Origin: an uncultured Pseudomonadales bacterium
Lineage (GTDB): Bacteria; Patescibacteriota; Microgenomatia; UBA1400; PJMF01
DNA: 43,011 nt
NCBI GenBank assembly: GCA_964495475.1
Contig: CAZBVY010000002.1
Location: 1 to 43,011 of the forward strand
Reading direction: 5' to 3'
In this document: one piece after another, positions 9,454-18,523 of the stretch
How positions within the stretch are numbered: position 1 is the first letter of the stretch
Layout of the letters: each line of letters starts with the position of its first letter
Position numbers and translations under genes: made by a program
Notes under the pieces: generated by a model
What the model was told of the DNA's origin: nothing
Database searches by the model: none
The model's input: the letters and a program-made list of their open reading frames with translations, nothing else

Positions 9454-10623
9454 ATGGATATTTCTAACGATAAAAAACTAGCGCTTAAAAGTATTTTGCA
9501 GTGGTATGCCAAAGAAGTAGATCATAAGCAATTTGTGACACTGGGCGGTTACGCTGGAACTGGTAAGACTACTTTGATTGCTATTTTGCGCAAGCTTTTA
9601 TTTAAACAAGATCCGAAACTCAAAGTAGCCTTTGCAGCTTTCACGGGAAAAGCGACTAGAGTTTTGAAAAATTATCTCAAAGATAATGAGGTTTTATATA
9701 AGGGTGATAGTGTAGGAACCATTCACTCTTTAATTTATAGCGTCATTGAAAATGAACACCATGAAATTGTTGGTTGGAAACGTAAGGAAGAGCTCAAAAC
9801 TGATTTAATTATTATTGATGAAGCTTCTATGGTGGATCAGAAAATTTGGTACGATCTACTTTCTTATAATGTTCCTATTTTAGCTGTGGGCGATCATGGA
9901 CAATTACCTCCGGTCAGTGGGCAATTTAACTTAATGGAAAATCCAGAAATTAAATTAGAAGAAATTCATCGTCAAGTGGCTGACAATCCTATCATCAAGC
10001 TATCCATCGAAGCTCGCAAATATGGTCGTATTAAGATTGGTAATTATGGTAAAGGGGTGCGCAAGTTAGCTAAAGACGATCCAGAATCACAAGAAATTAT
10101 TGAAAACTATCTACAACAATATAATCAAGAAACCTTGATTTTATGTGGTTACAATAATACCCGCATTAAATTAAATAATTATTTGCGTAATATTTTAGGC
10201 TATGATTCTCCCTTACCGATGGCAGGTGACCGAGTAATTTGTTTACGTAATAAACAACAAAAAGCTATTTTTAATGGCATGCTGGGAACATTGCAGAGAA
10301 TTGTCAGTAAAGATGATAATTTTTATGACGTAAAAATTCTTTTCGACGACGAAGAGCAAGTCTTCGAAGGTTTAGCCGTGAAAAAACAATTTGGTTCTAA
10401 CACAGCCCTTAACTTTACTAGAGAGTCTCGAGCTTTAACTTTACAAGCTGAACTTTTTGATTTTGCTTACGCTCTCACAGTTCATAAGGCTCAAGGAAGC
10501 CAAGCAAGTAGAGTAATTCTTTTTGAAGAACGCTTTAAACAAATGTCAGATTTAGATTGGCGTCGTTGGCTTTATACAGCTGTCACTAGAGCAGAAGAAG
10601 AATTAATTATTTTAGGTGATTAG
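9454..10623 (+). CDS. RecD/Dda-like SF1B DNA helicase (compact, 389 aa)
   Basis: Walker A GGYAGTGKTT, IIIDEASMVD, VGDHGQLPPV and TVHKAQGSQ. The ATG follows the queA stop by 1 nt. Confidence 0.85.
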   Translation: MDISNDKKLALKSILQWYAKEVDHKQFVTLGGYAGTGKTTLIAILRKLLFKQDPKLKVAFAAFTGKATRVLKNYLKDNEVLYKGDSVGTIHSLIYSVIENEHHEIVGWKRKEELKTDLIIIDEASMVDQKIWYDLLSYNVPILAVGDHGQLPPVSGQFNLMENPEIKLEEIHRQVADNPIIKLSIEARKYGRIKIGNYGKGVRKLAKDDPESQEIIENYLQQYNQETLILCGYNNTRIKLNNYLRNILGYDSPLPMAGDRVICLRNKQQKAIFNGMLGTLQRIVSKDDNFYDVKILFDDEEQVFEGLAVKKQFGSNTALNFTRESRALTLQAELFDFAYALTVHKAQGSQASRVILFEERFKQMSDLDWRRWLYTAVTRAEEELIILGD

Positions 10624-10656
10624 GTTTTTGCCCCATCAACCGCTATAATACCAAGT

Positions 10657-11403
10657 ATGAAAATTCGTTTGAATAAATTTTTAGCTGATTTAGGCATCGC
10701 TTCTCGTCGCAAAGCCGATGTTCTGATTGAAGAAGGTAAAGTTTTGTTAAATCATAAAAAAGCTAAATTAGGTGACAAAATTGATCCTACTGAAGATGAA
10801 TTAATGGTGGGGGGTAAAAAGTTTAGTCGTGAAAATAAAGAAGAGTTGGAATATTGGTTGCTCAATAAGCCATTTAATGTCATTTCTAGTGTGAGTGATG
10901 AGGCTAATCGTAAAACTGTTTTTGATTATGTGAAAAGTAAAACTAATGCCAGAATTTATCCAGTAGGACGTTTAGATTATCAGTCAGAGGGTTTATTATT
11001 GATGACTAATGACGGTGAATTAGCTCATCGCTTAACTCATCCAAAATATCGAGTAGAAAAAGTTTATAAAGTTTGGGTCAACGGCATTTTTTCAGAAGGG
11101 AAAATGGAACGATTAATGCGAGGAGTGCGTTTATCCGAAGGTAAAATTTCTTTCGATAAAATAGAAATGCTTGAAAAAGAAGGTCGCGATATAGTATTGA
11201 AAATTACTATTCATCAAGGAGTTAAGCGCGAAATTCGTCGTGCTTGTGCCAAAGTGGGTTGGGAAGTAACTAAATTATTGAGGGTTCAATTAGGTAATTT
11301 AGTGATGACTAATTTAACTGTTGGCAATGTTAGAAAATTAGAAGAACAAGAAGTAAAAGGCTTACAAAAATTGGTAGGTTTAAATGAAAACCCTAATCTT
11401 TGA
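10657..11403 (+). CDS. rluB: Pseudouridine synthase, RsuA/RluB family
   Basis: N-terminal S4 domain (RLNKFLADLGIASRRKAD) and catalytic GRLDYQSEGLLLMTNDG. Confidence 0.85.
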   Translation: MKIRLNKFLADLGIASRRKADVLIEEGKVLLNHKKAKLGDKIDPTEDELMVGGKKFSRENKEELEYWLLNKPFNVISSVSDEANRKTVFDYVKSKTNARIYPVGRLDYQSEGLLLMTNDGELAHRLTHPKYRVEKVYKVWVNGIFSEGKMERLMRGVRLSEGKISFDKIEMLEKEGRDIVLKITIHQGVKREIRRACAKVGWEVTKLLRVQLGNLVMTNLTVGNVRKLEEQEVKGLQKLVGLNENPNL

Positions 11404-12004
11404 TTTTGATGGCACTTTAGTAGATAGTATGCAACTTTATGCGCGCAGTTTTAATAAAATTGGCGCAGATTTTGGTTTGCCCAAAATTAATAGCAATAAT
11501 TTGCAGGAGATGAAACAATCTTCAATTCAAGATTTGACGAAAAAATATGGTATTGGTCCCTTAAAATTAGCCAAGCTAATTTCCACAGTTAATAAAAATA
11601 TTAAACAAGAAATAGCCACAGTAGACTTTTTTCCAAAAATAAAACCTTTATTAGTCAAGCTCGCCAAGAAATATCAACTAGGCATTTTAACCTCTAACAA
11701 TGTAGAAAATGTTGAAGATTTTTTGAAAAAACAAGATTTTGAAAATATTTTTGATTTTGTTCATGCCAGTAAAAATTTATTTGGTAAAGATAAAATATTA
11801 AATAGCTTATTAAAGAAACATCATCTCAACAAAGAAGAAGTTTTATATTTTGGTGATGAAATAAGAGATATTGAAGCTTGTCAAAAAATGCAGATTAAAA
11901 TAGTTGCCGTAACCTGGGGCTTTAATGAAAAAAATCTCCTTGCTTCCAAAAATCCAGATTATTTATTTTCCTCTCCAGATGAAATAGCAGATTTATTAAT
12001 CTAA
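11384..12004 (+). CDS. HAD-superfamily phosphatase (phosphoglycolate phosphatase-like)
   Basis: Motif I FDFDGTLVDS, motif II ILTSN and motif IV GDEIRDIEA. It overlaps the rluB-like gene by 20 nt. Confidence 0.85.
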   Translation: MKTLIFDFDGTLVDSMQLYARSFNKIGADFGLPKINSNNLQEMKQSSIQDLTKKYGIGPLKLAKLISTVNKNIKQEIATVDFFPKIKPLLVKLAKKYQLGILTSNNVENVEDFLKKQDFENIFDFVHASKNLFGKDKILNSLLKKHHLNKEEVLYFGDEIRDIEACQKMQIKIVAVTWGFNEKNLLASKNPDYLFSSPDEIADLLI

Positions 12005-12023
12005 TTTATCCATTAGTATTTGG

Positions 12024-12052
12024 TTGTATCCTTAGTAATTTGCGAGTATAAT
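12024..12052 (+). promoter_or_regulatory. Putative promoter of typA (near-leaderless)
   Basis: TTGTAT (12024-12029), 17-nt spacer, TATAAT (12047-12052). ATG 12062 lies 9 nt downstream. Confidence 0.4.
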
Positions 12053-12061
12053 ACCTTCTTT

Positions 12062-13909
12062 ATGCAAATTAGAAACATAGCCATTATCGCCCATGTTGAT
12101 CACGGTAAAACTACCTTGATCGATGGTATGTTGAAACAAACTCACGCTTTTCGTGAGAATCAATCTGAAATGACCCAAAGTACTATTTTAGACAGCAATG
12201 ATCTAGAAAGAGAAAAGGGTATTACTATTTTAGCCAAAAATACCGCTGTTTTTTACAAAAGTGAAGCTGGTGAAGATTATAAAATTAACATCATTGATAC
12301 TCCAGGTCACGCAGATTTTGCTGGTGAAGTAGAACGCGTCATTAGTATGGCTGATGGAGCCGTGCTTTTGGTTGATGCTGCCGAAGGTCCTTTACCTCAA
12401 ACCCGCTTTGTTTTAGAGCAGGCACTTAAGCAAAAATTAAAAATGATTGTGGTGGTTAATAAAATTGATCGTCGTGATGCTGAACCAGATAAAGTTTTAA
12501 CTCAAATCGAAGAACTCTTTTTAAATCTTGTGAATGATGAATCTCAATTAATGTTTCCAATTCTCTACGCTGTCGGTCGTGATGGTAAAGTATGGAATGA
12601 TTTGCCAGAGGAAGAAGTGGGTAATGCAGAATTAATTGCTAAGCATCCTGGTGATTTACGTCCAATTTTTGAAGAAATTATCCGCACTGTGCCAGCTCCC
12701 AAAGTGAATGGCGAATTACCTTTTAAAATGCAAGTTTCCACTTTAGACTTTGACACTTACAAAGGCACTTACGCCATTGGCAAAGTCACTCAAGGTGTAG
12801 TGAAAAAAGGTCAGCGCTTGGTGATTTTAAATGAAAATGAAAAAGTTGGTGAAATGTCCGTCGCTCATCTAATGACCAGTGATGGTTTAGGTAGACAAGA
12901 AACAGAACTCAGTCAAGCTGGAGACATTATTGCCATTACTGGTGTAGAAAATATTTCGATTGGTCAAACATTAGCCGCTCTTGGTCAAACTGAAGGTTTT
13001 TCAAGCATAACTGTCACCGAACCAACTTTAAAAATTCGTGTGGCCGCCAATACTTCACCTTTTGCTGGTAAAGAAGGCGATTTTTGTACTATTCGTCAAA
13101 TTGCCGAAAGACTCAAAAAAGAACAAAAAACTAATATTGGACTTCGCATTGAAGGTTTAGAGGGTGGTTCTTTTAATGTGGCTGGTCGAGGTGAGCTTCA
13201 TTTAGCTATTTTGATTGAAACCATGCGTCGTGAAGGTTATGAAATGGAACTTTCTAAACCTCAGGTTATTATCAAAGAAGTTGATGGTGTCAAAATGGAA
13301 CCTTATGAAGAAATGACTATTGAAATTGCTAAAGAATTTATGGGCATTATCACTGAAGAATTAGGTAAAAGAAAAGCAAACTTAATTGACAGTATCACCA
13401 ATGAAAAAGGTATTACTAGAATGGTTTATGAAGTAAGTAGCAGAAATATCTTGGGTTTTAGAAGTCAAATTTTGACTAAAACTAGAGGTAATGGTTTATT
13501 TAGTTCTCGTTTCTTAGAGTATGCTCCCGTAAGTCCAGAATTACCTCAAATGCGTAATGGTGCTTTAATTGCTACTGAATCTGGAACTGCTACTGCTTAT
13601 GCTTTAGAAACTATTCAAGAACGTGGCAAAACTTTTATTAATCCCGGAGACAGTGTTTATGAGGGTCAAATTATTGGTCTACGTAATCAACAAGAAGATT
13701 TGGAAGTTAATGTTTGTAAGGCCAAAAAATTAACTAACTTCCGTTCTAATGCTGATTTTTTAACCGTTTTAGATACTCGTATTGAGTTGAGTCTTGAACA
13801 ATGCCTAGATTTCATTGAAGACGATGAACTTTTAGAAGTCACTCCAAAGAGTTTAAGAATTCGTAAACGTTATTTAAACAAAATTATTCGCAATAAACAA
13901 ACTCGTTAA
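12062..13909 (+). CDS. typA: Translational GTPase TypA/BipA
   Basis: IRNIAIIAHVDHGKTTL, DTPGHADF, NKIDR and an EF-G-like domain order. The track ORF's TTG 12020 extension is rejected. Confidence 0.95.
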   Translation: MQIRNIAIIAHVDHGKTTLIDGMLKQTHAFRENQSEMTQSTILDSNDLEREKGITILAKNTAVFYKSEAGEDYKINIIDTPGHADFAGEVERVISMADGAVLLVDAAEGPLPQTRFVLEQALKQKLKMIVVVNKIDRRDAEPDKVLTQIEELFLNLVNDESQLMFPILYAVGRDGKVWNDLPEEEVGNAELIAKHPGDLRPIFEEIIRTVPAPKVNGELPFKMQVSTLDFDTYKGTYAIGKVTQGVVKKGQRLVILNENEKVGEMSVAHLMTSDGLGRQETELSQAGDIIAITGVENISIGQTLAALGQTEGFSSITVTEPTLKIRVAANTSPFAGKEGDFCTIRQIAERLKKEQKTNIGLRIEGLEGGSFNVAGRGELHLAILIETMRREGYEMELSKPQVIIKEVDGVKMEPYEEMTIEIAKEFMGIITEELGKRKANLIDSITNEKGITRMVYEVSSRNILGFRSQILTKTRGNGLFSSRFLEYAPVSPELPQMRNGALIATESGTATAYALETIQERGKTFINPGDSVYEGQIIGLRNQQEDLEVNVCKAKKLTNFRSNADFLTVLDTRIELSLEQCLDFIEDDELLEVTPKSLRIRKRYLNKIIRNKQTR

Positions 13910-13916
13910 ACGGCTT

Positions 13917-13945
13917 TTGCAACTCTTTTCATTTTCGGGTAAAAT
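13917..13945 (+). promoter_or_regulatory. Putative promoter of rarA (very short leader)
   Basis: TTGCAA (13917-13922), 17-nt spacer, TAAAAT (13940-13945). ATG 13957 lies 11 nt downstream. Confidence 0.45.
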
Positions 13946-13956
13946 TAGTCTCATTA

Positions 13957-15180
13957 ATGTCTGATTTATCTAAACCTCTTGCCGCTCTTATTCGCCCTGA
14001 GTCTCTTGATGATTTTATTGGTCAAGATCATTTGGTGGGAGTTGGTAAACCCATCAAAGCGGCCATGGATTTGCAGGCAATTTTTTCAATGATTTTTTGG
14101 GGTCCTCCAGGAGTTGGTAAAACCACTTTAGCTCGAATTATTGCCAAAGAAAGTGATCGAGAATTTATTGAAATTTCCGCGGTTTCTGCTGGCAAGGCTG
14201 ATATTCGTAAAATTGTCGAAGATGGTCGTCGTCAAAAAGGTTTGCTAGAAGATTATCGTGTACCAATTTTATTTGTGGATGAAATTCATCGTTTTAACAA
14301 AGCTCAACAGGATTATCTTTTACCTTTTGTCGAAGAGGGAATTTTAATTCTCATTGGGGCCACTACAGAAAATCCTTCTTTTGAAATTATTTCGCCGCTA
14401 TTGTCACGTATGAGAGTTTTTATTTTTAAAGCTTTGAGTGAAGAAGAGATGAAAAAAGTTCTTACGATGGCAGTTAAAAAAATTCATGAAACTGAAAAAT
14501 TAATTAATAAGAAAGCTAAAAAAATTGCTGTACCAACCAAAAGTGAAGAGTTTCTTTTAAACTATAGTTCTGGTGATGCACGCAAACTTTTAACTTTAAT
14601 AGACAACACTTTTACGCTTTATGGCAATTTAGAATTAAAATCACTCAAGAATTCTTTGCAATCTAAGCATCTTAGCTACGATAAAAAAGGTCCAGAACAC
14701 TACGAAACCATCAGCGCTTTTATCAAAAGCATGCGCGCTGGTGATCCTAACGCCGCTTTGTATTATTTAGCAAGAATGGTAGAAGCTGGCGAAGATCCGC
14801 TTTTTATTGCTCGACGAATGGTAGTTTTTGCATCTGAAGATATTGGCTTGGCCGTTCCTACCGCTTTAGTAGTTGCTAATGCTGTTTTTCAAGCCTGTCA
14901 AACTATTGGTTATCCAGAATGTCGAGAAAATCTTGCTCATGGAGTAGCCTACTTAGCCACCTGCAAAAAAGATCGCAGTGCTTACGATGCTTACATAGAA
15001 GCTGTGTCTGATGTGCAAAAATTTGGCAATTTAGAAATTCCGATGATTATTAAAAATCCTGAAACCAATTTACTTAAAGAAATTGGTTATGGTAAAGATT
15101 ATGAAATGCATCCTAAAGCAGGAGTGAGTTTATTGCCTGATAAATTAAAAGGGAAACAATATCTTAAGCTTAAAAAATGA
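13957..15180 (+). CDS. rarA: Replication-associated recombination protein A (MgsA/RarA AAA+ ATPase)
   Basis: GPPGVGKTTLA, VDEIHRFNKAQQD and a C-terminal MgsA domain (DPNAALYYLARM). Confidence 0.92.
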   Translation: MSDLSKPLAALIRPESLDDFIGQDHLVGVGKPIKAAMDLQAIFSMIFWGPPGVGKTTLARIIAKESDREFIEISAVSAGKADIRKIVEDGRRQKGLLEDYRVPILFVDEIHRFNKAQQDYLLPFVEEGILILIGATTENPSFEIISPLLSRMRVFIFKALSEEEMKKVLTMAVKKIHETEKLINKKAKKIAVPTKSEEFLLNYSSGDARKLLTLIDNTFTLYGNLELKSLKNSLQSKHLSYDKKGPEHYETISAFIKSMRAGDPNAALYYLARMVEAGEDPLFIARRMVVFASEDIGLAVPTALVVANAVFQACQTIGYPECRENLAHGVAYLATCKKDRSAYDAYIEAVSDVQKFGNLEIPMIIKNPETNLLKEIGYGKDYEMHPKAGVSLLPDKLKGKQYLKLKK

Positions 15181-15216
15181 ATATTTTAGGCTATAATAGT
15201 CGAGTCCTTTAATTAA

Positions 15217-15291
15217 GCACCCATAGCTCAGTCTGGATAGAGCGTTTGTTTGCGGAACAAAAGATCGTGCGTTCGAATCGCACTGGGTGCA
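15217..15291 (+). tRNA. tRNA-Arg, anticodon GCG
   Basis: Hand-folded cloverleaf. Acceptor gcaccca/tgggtgc; D stem gctc/gagc with A20 in the loop; anticodon stem tttgt/acaaa with loop ttGCGga; T arm gtgcg-ttcgaat-cgcac; discriminator a. No encoded CCA. Confidence 0.85.
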
Positions 15292-15319
15292 CAGTATAAA
15301 TATAAAGTGAAAGGAAGAC

Positions 15320-15505
15320 ATGCCAGTTAATATTGAGCAAAGAGCAGGAGAATTAGATCCAGACTGTTGCAGTGAAGTAGAAAATACTAAAGGTAATCCA
15401 GTAGCTGAAAAAATAGCCAGAATGAATGTTGAAGCAGCTCATAGACAAGTTATGGAGGGGATAGCCAAAGACGCTAAAGAAAACGCAACAGAAGAAAAAA
15501 AATAA
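15320..15505 (+). CDS. Small acidic hypothetical protein (61 aa)
   Basis: SD aaggaag 6 nt upstream of the ATG, and an intrinsic terminator downstream. No recognisable family. Confidence 0.5.
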   Translation: MPVNIEQRAGELDPDCCSEVENTKGNPVAEKIARMNVEAAHRQVMEGIAKDAKENATEEKK

Positions 15506-15531
15506 AATTATTTATTAATAAATTTAACAAG

Positions 15532-15560
15532 AAACTGCCTCTGGGGCAGTTTTTTGTTTT
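15532..15560 (+). terminator. Rho-independent terminator
   Basis: Stem ctgcc/ggcag with a short loop (aaactgcctctggggcagttt), followed by a T-run tttttgttttt. Confidence 0.7.
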
Positions 15561-15600
15561 TCTAGGAGTTTCGAGTTAGAATGGTCCCTAGAAAATAAAA

Positions 15601-15682
15601 GGAAGGGTCGCATAGTGGCTATTGCATCAGCCTCGAAAACTGACGCCTTCGGGCACCGCGGGTTCAAGTCCCGCCCCTTCCG
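15601..15682 (+). tRNA. tRNA-Ser, anticodon CGA
   Basis: Acceptor ggaaggg/cccttcc; anticodon loop ctCGAaa; long variable arm with gcc-ttcg-ggc hairpin (class II tRNA); T arm gcggg-ttcaagt-cccgc; discriminator g. The 31:39 pair is a C-A mismatch. Confidence 0.85.
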
Positions 15683-15749
15683 CCGATTAAATTGCTTTTA
15701 GGAATAAAATCTAAACTCAAATTGTTTGAAATTTTTTAGAATGTTTTTT

Positions 15750-16730
15750 CTATAAAATTGCATTAAATAAATAACCCATGAAGATAATGCCAACAATGGT
15801 GATGCCAAAGAAAGCTATTAATAGTTCTTTCTTCATCAATTTGGCTAGCATCAAGCCAGAAGGGATCGAGAGAGTGGTTGAAGCAGTCATAAAGGCAAGT
15901 GCTGTGCCCATTGGCACACCTTTATTAATTAAGGCTTCTACCACAGGAACAACGCCAATTGAATTAGTGTATAAAGGAGTGCCTAGTAGAACTGATGTTG
16001 GTACTACCCACCAAGCTTTACTAGACAAGTAGTTGGCAACTAGAGATTCTGGTACGAAGCCATGAATTAATGCTCCAATTCCTACGCCGAGCAATACATA
16101 AGGAAAAACTGTTTGAGTAATTGTCCAAATCTGGTCTTTCCACAATTTAATTAAATCTTTGAAAGGAACTTTCGCATTTTTATATTCAGCTTCAATTTGT
16201 TTTCTTGATTTAAACTTCAGAAACTCAGGTTTGATATATTTTTCCATGTTCAATTTTTGAATCAACATGCCTCCCAAAATGGCAATTAAAATTCCTATCA
16301 CGTTATAAAGTAGAGTCACTTGCAGACCAAAAATGCTGGGAAATAAATATAGCGAAGCTTCATTAACTAGTGGAGAACTAATTAAAAATGCAAAAGTTAT
16401 ACCTAAAGGAATTTTAGCTGAAATAAAACCAATGAACAATGGAATTGATGAGCAAGAACAAAAAGGAGTGATTACGCCAAGTAGAGCCGCTATTAGATAA
16501 TCCAAACCATATAATCGTTTTTTAGTTAAAATATTTCTAACTTTTTCCATGGGGAAATAATATTCGGTAATGGTCACAATGGTATTGATCAATAGCATTA
16601 GCAAACCAATTTTAATGACATCATAAATGAAGAAATTAACGGCATCACCAAAATAAGTCTGAGTAGCAACACCCAACCATTGATAAGTAACCAAATCTGC
16701 AAGTTGTTGAATAGGGGTAAAAATATTCAT
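15750..16730 (-). CDS. Permease, UPF0718/ArsP-like family
   Basis: Polytopic protein with the ITPFCSCSSIPLF signature typical of this family. Confidence 0.8.
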   Translation of the reverse strand: MNIFTPIQQLADLVTYQWLGVATQTYFGDAVNFFIYDVIKIGLLMLLINTIVTITEYYFPMEKVRNILTKKRLYGLDYLIAALLGVITPFCSCSSIPLFIGFISAKIPLGITFAFLISSPLVNEASLYLFPSIFGLQVTLLYNVIGILIAILGGMLIQKLNMEKYIKPEFLKFKSRKQIEAEYKNAKVPFKDLIKLWKDQIWTITQTVFPYVLLGVGIGALIHGFVPESLVANYLSSKAWWVVPTSVLLGTPLYTNSIGVVPVVEALINKGVPMGTALAFMTASTTLSIPSGLMLAKLMKKELLIAFFGITIVGIIFMGYLFNAIL

Positions 16731-16731
16731 T

Positions 16732-16980
16732 TTATTGATTGTTTTTGATCAGTGTTTTAATTTTTTCTATATCACCGTTGAAACCGGTCATCACGATTTT
16801 GTTATTTATTGTTAAAACTGGACTACTCATGGCACCTAGCTCCATGATTTTAGTAATACCCTCAGAGCCAGACAGGTACTCAACCTGTTTTTCTAGGTTG
16901 AGTTCTTTTGCTGCCTTAAGAACAACTTCGTGTAATTTTTTACAAGTGGGACAGCCCGAACCTAAAACTTGAATTTTCAT
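16732..16980 (-). CDS. Thioredoxin-fold protein (redox-active disulfide protein 2 type)
   Basis: 82 aa, MKIQVLGSGCPTCKKL CxxC motif. It lies immediately upstream of the permease (1-nt gap), a pairing I remember as recurrent. Confidence 0.8.
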   Translation of the reverse strand: MKIQVLGSGCPTCKKLHEVVLKAAKELNLEKQVEYLSGSEGITKIMELGAMSSPVLTINNKIVMTGFNGDIEKIKTLIKNNQ

Positions 16981-17138
16981 AATTTGATTTTACATCTTTT
17001 TTCAGATTAAAAAACTCCGTGAAAGAAAAATCATTTCTTTTCCGTATTAAAAGTAGATACAAATTTTTATCTTTATAAGTCAAACAATTTTACTTTTTAA
17101 GTAAATTAATTTAATATGAATACAAGGAATAAAAAATT

Positions 17139-17861
17139 ATGAAAAACAAATCTCTATCAATTTTTTTGGCTACTCTAATTTTATTGTCTTTTACTACTTT
17201 TGTTCAGGCAGCGAGAAATGATAGTGCTGGTGGTGGCTCTGTAACTGGCCCTTCAGGTCAAGGTTCTGTTACAGGTCAACAAGCCATAACTACTTCTCCT
17301 TCACAGCCATCGGTTCAGGTTCAAAATCAAGTTAAAACTCAGAATCAGGGTGAAGATTCACAATTAATGGTAGAAACCAAAGAAGAAACTAGTCTTAATA
17401 AAGCAGGAGATGGTGTTAAAAATGAGTCACCACGTAGTGATGTTGCAAAAGAACGAATGAGCAATGTGGCTATTCAAGTTGAAGAATTACTAACCAATAA
17501 GACCATGAAAGGTGGTGTTGGCGAGCAAGTGAGACAAATTGCCTCTGAGCAGAAGCAAGCTCAAGAACAAGTTAAATCTGATTTAGATACGATAGGAAGT
17601 CGTAAAGGTTTAATTAAATCTTTAATTGGACCAGATTATAAATCTTTAAAAAAACTTGAAAATCAAGTTGAAGCAAATCAATTACGCATTGAAAAATTGA
17701 CAGAATTAAAAACTCAACTTACCAATAAAAGTGATATTGCGATGATTGAAGCTACCATCCAAGCTTTAACAGAGCAAAACACACAATTACAAAAAACTGC
17801 TACCGATGAAATGCAAAGTAAGAGTATGTTTGGCTGGTTATTTAAATATTTTATTAAATAA
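17139..17861 (+). CDS. Secreted coiled-coil/low-complexity protein, function unknown
   Basis: Signal peptide MKNKSLSIFLATLILLSFTTFVQA, GSVTG repeats and a Q/E/K-rich heptad-like C-terminal half. SD aaggaa upstream. Confidence 0.6.
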   Translation: MKNKSLSIFLATLILLSFTTFVQAARNDSAGGGSVTGPSGQGSVTGQQAITTSPSQPSVQVQNQVKTQNQGEDSQLMVETKEETSLNKAGDGVKNESPRSDVAKERMSNVAIQVEELLTNKTMKGGVGEQVRQIASEQKQAQEQVKSDLDTIGSRKGLIKSLIGPDYKSLKKLENQVEANQLRIEKLTELKTQLTNKSDIAMIEATIQALTEQNTQLQKTATDEMQSKSMFGWLFKYFIK

Positions 17862-17868
17862 CTTTCAG

Positions 17869-18156
17869 CTAACTCAGTTTTTTTGATTCAATTCTAATTG
17901 CTTTGCCATGAATAATTGCTTCAGCTATCTTCTTGTTAGCGTGATCTAGAATTCTAGCAAAAGTTGGTTGCGAAATATTCATTTTTTTAGCAGCAATTGT
18001 TTGTGCTAAATCATCAACTTCATAAAGCTTGAGAGCCTCCAGCTCGTCAGCTAGAAGCACTACTTCTTCTAAAAAACGCATTGGTACACCTTGTGGTTTA
18101 AAATAGTAAACACTAGGATCAAAGCCCAAATGGCGCTGTATTTTTGGTCTTGGCAT
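17869..18156 (-). CDS. DUF134 (UPF0251) putative DNA-binding protein
   Basis: MPRPKIQRHLGFDPSVYYFKPQGVP start and a C-terminal HTH-like ISQPTFARIL. The track ORF is extended to 18201; ATG 18156 fits the stop of the upstream gene. Confidence 0.75.
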   Translation of the reverse strand: MPRPKIQRHLGFDPSVYYFKPQGVPMRFLEEVVLLADELEALKLYEVDDLAQTIAAKKMNISQPTFARILDHANKKIAEAIIHGKAIRIESKKLS

Positions 18157-18163
18157 AAAAACA

Positions 18164-18433
18164 TTATTGCATTGAAGCAAGTTCTTTTTCAACATCTTCA
18201 AGCTCTTCCTTTAAAGATTGCTGATAAGCTTTGAGATCTTCAGCTTTTTCTTCTTTGGTTTGAGGAGCATTCCAACCGAAATATCTACCCAGTCCACGAC
18301 CGTAACCACGACATCTGCCTCCAAAGCCCATGCCACGACCCATTCCTTTAGCTTGGCCATTGACGCAAGAACCTAAACCTTTGCCGGTCATTTTTCCTTG
18401 TCCTTGTGGACCTGTTTGATCAAAATTTGGCAT
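18164..18433 (-). CDS. DUF5320 family protein
   Basis: MPNFDQTGPQGQGKMTGKGLG start, G/R-rich middle and a C-terminal coiled coil. SD ggagg 5 nt upstream. Confidence 0.75.
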   Translation of the reverse strand: MPNFDQTGPQGQGKMTGKGLGSCVNGQAKGMGRGMGFGGRCRGYGRGLGRYFGWNAPQTKEEKAEDLKAYQQSLKEELEDVEKELASMQ

Positions 18434-18523
18434 ATAGCCTCCTTTCTTGATAATTTATATTGAATACATATTCATTATAATCACAATTTTAGCTATGTCA
18501 AATAAGTGAAAAAAAGGAAAAAA

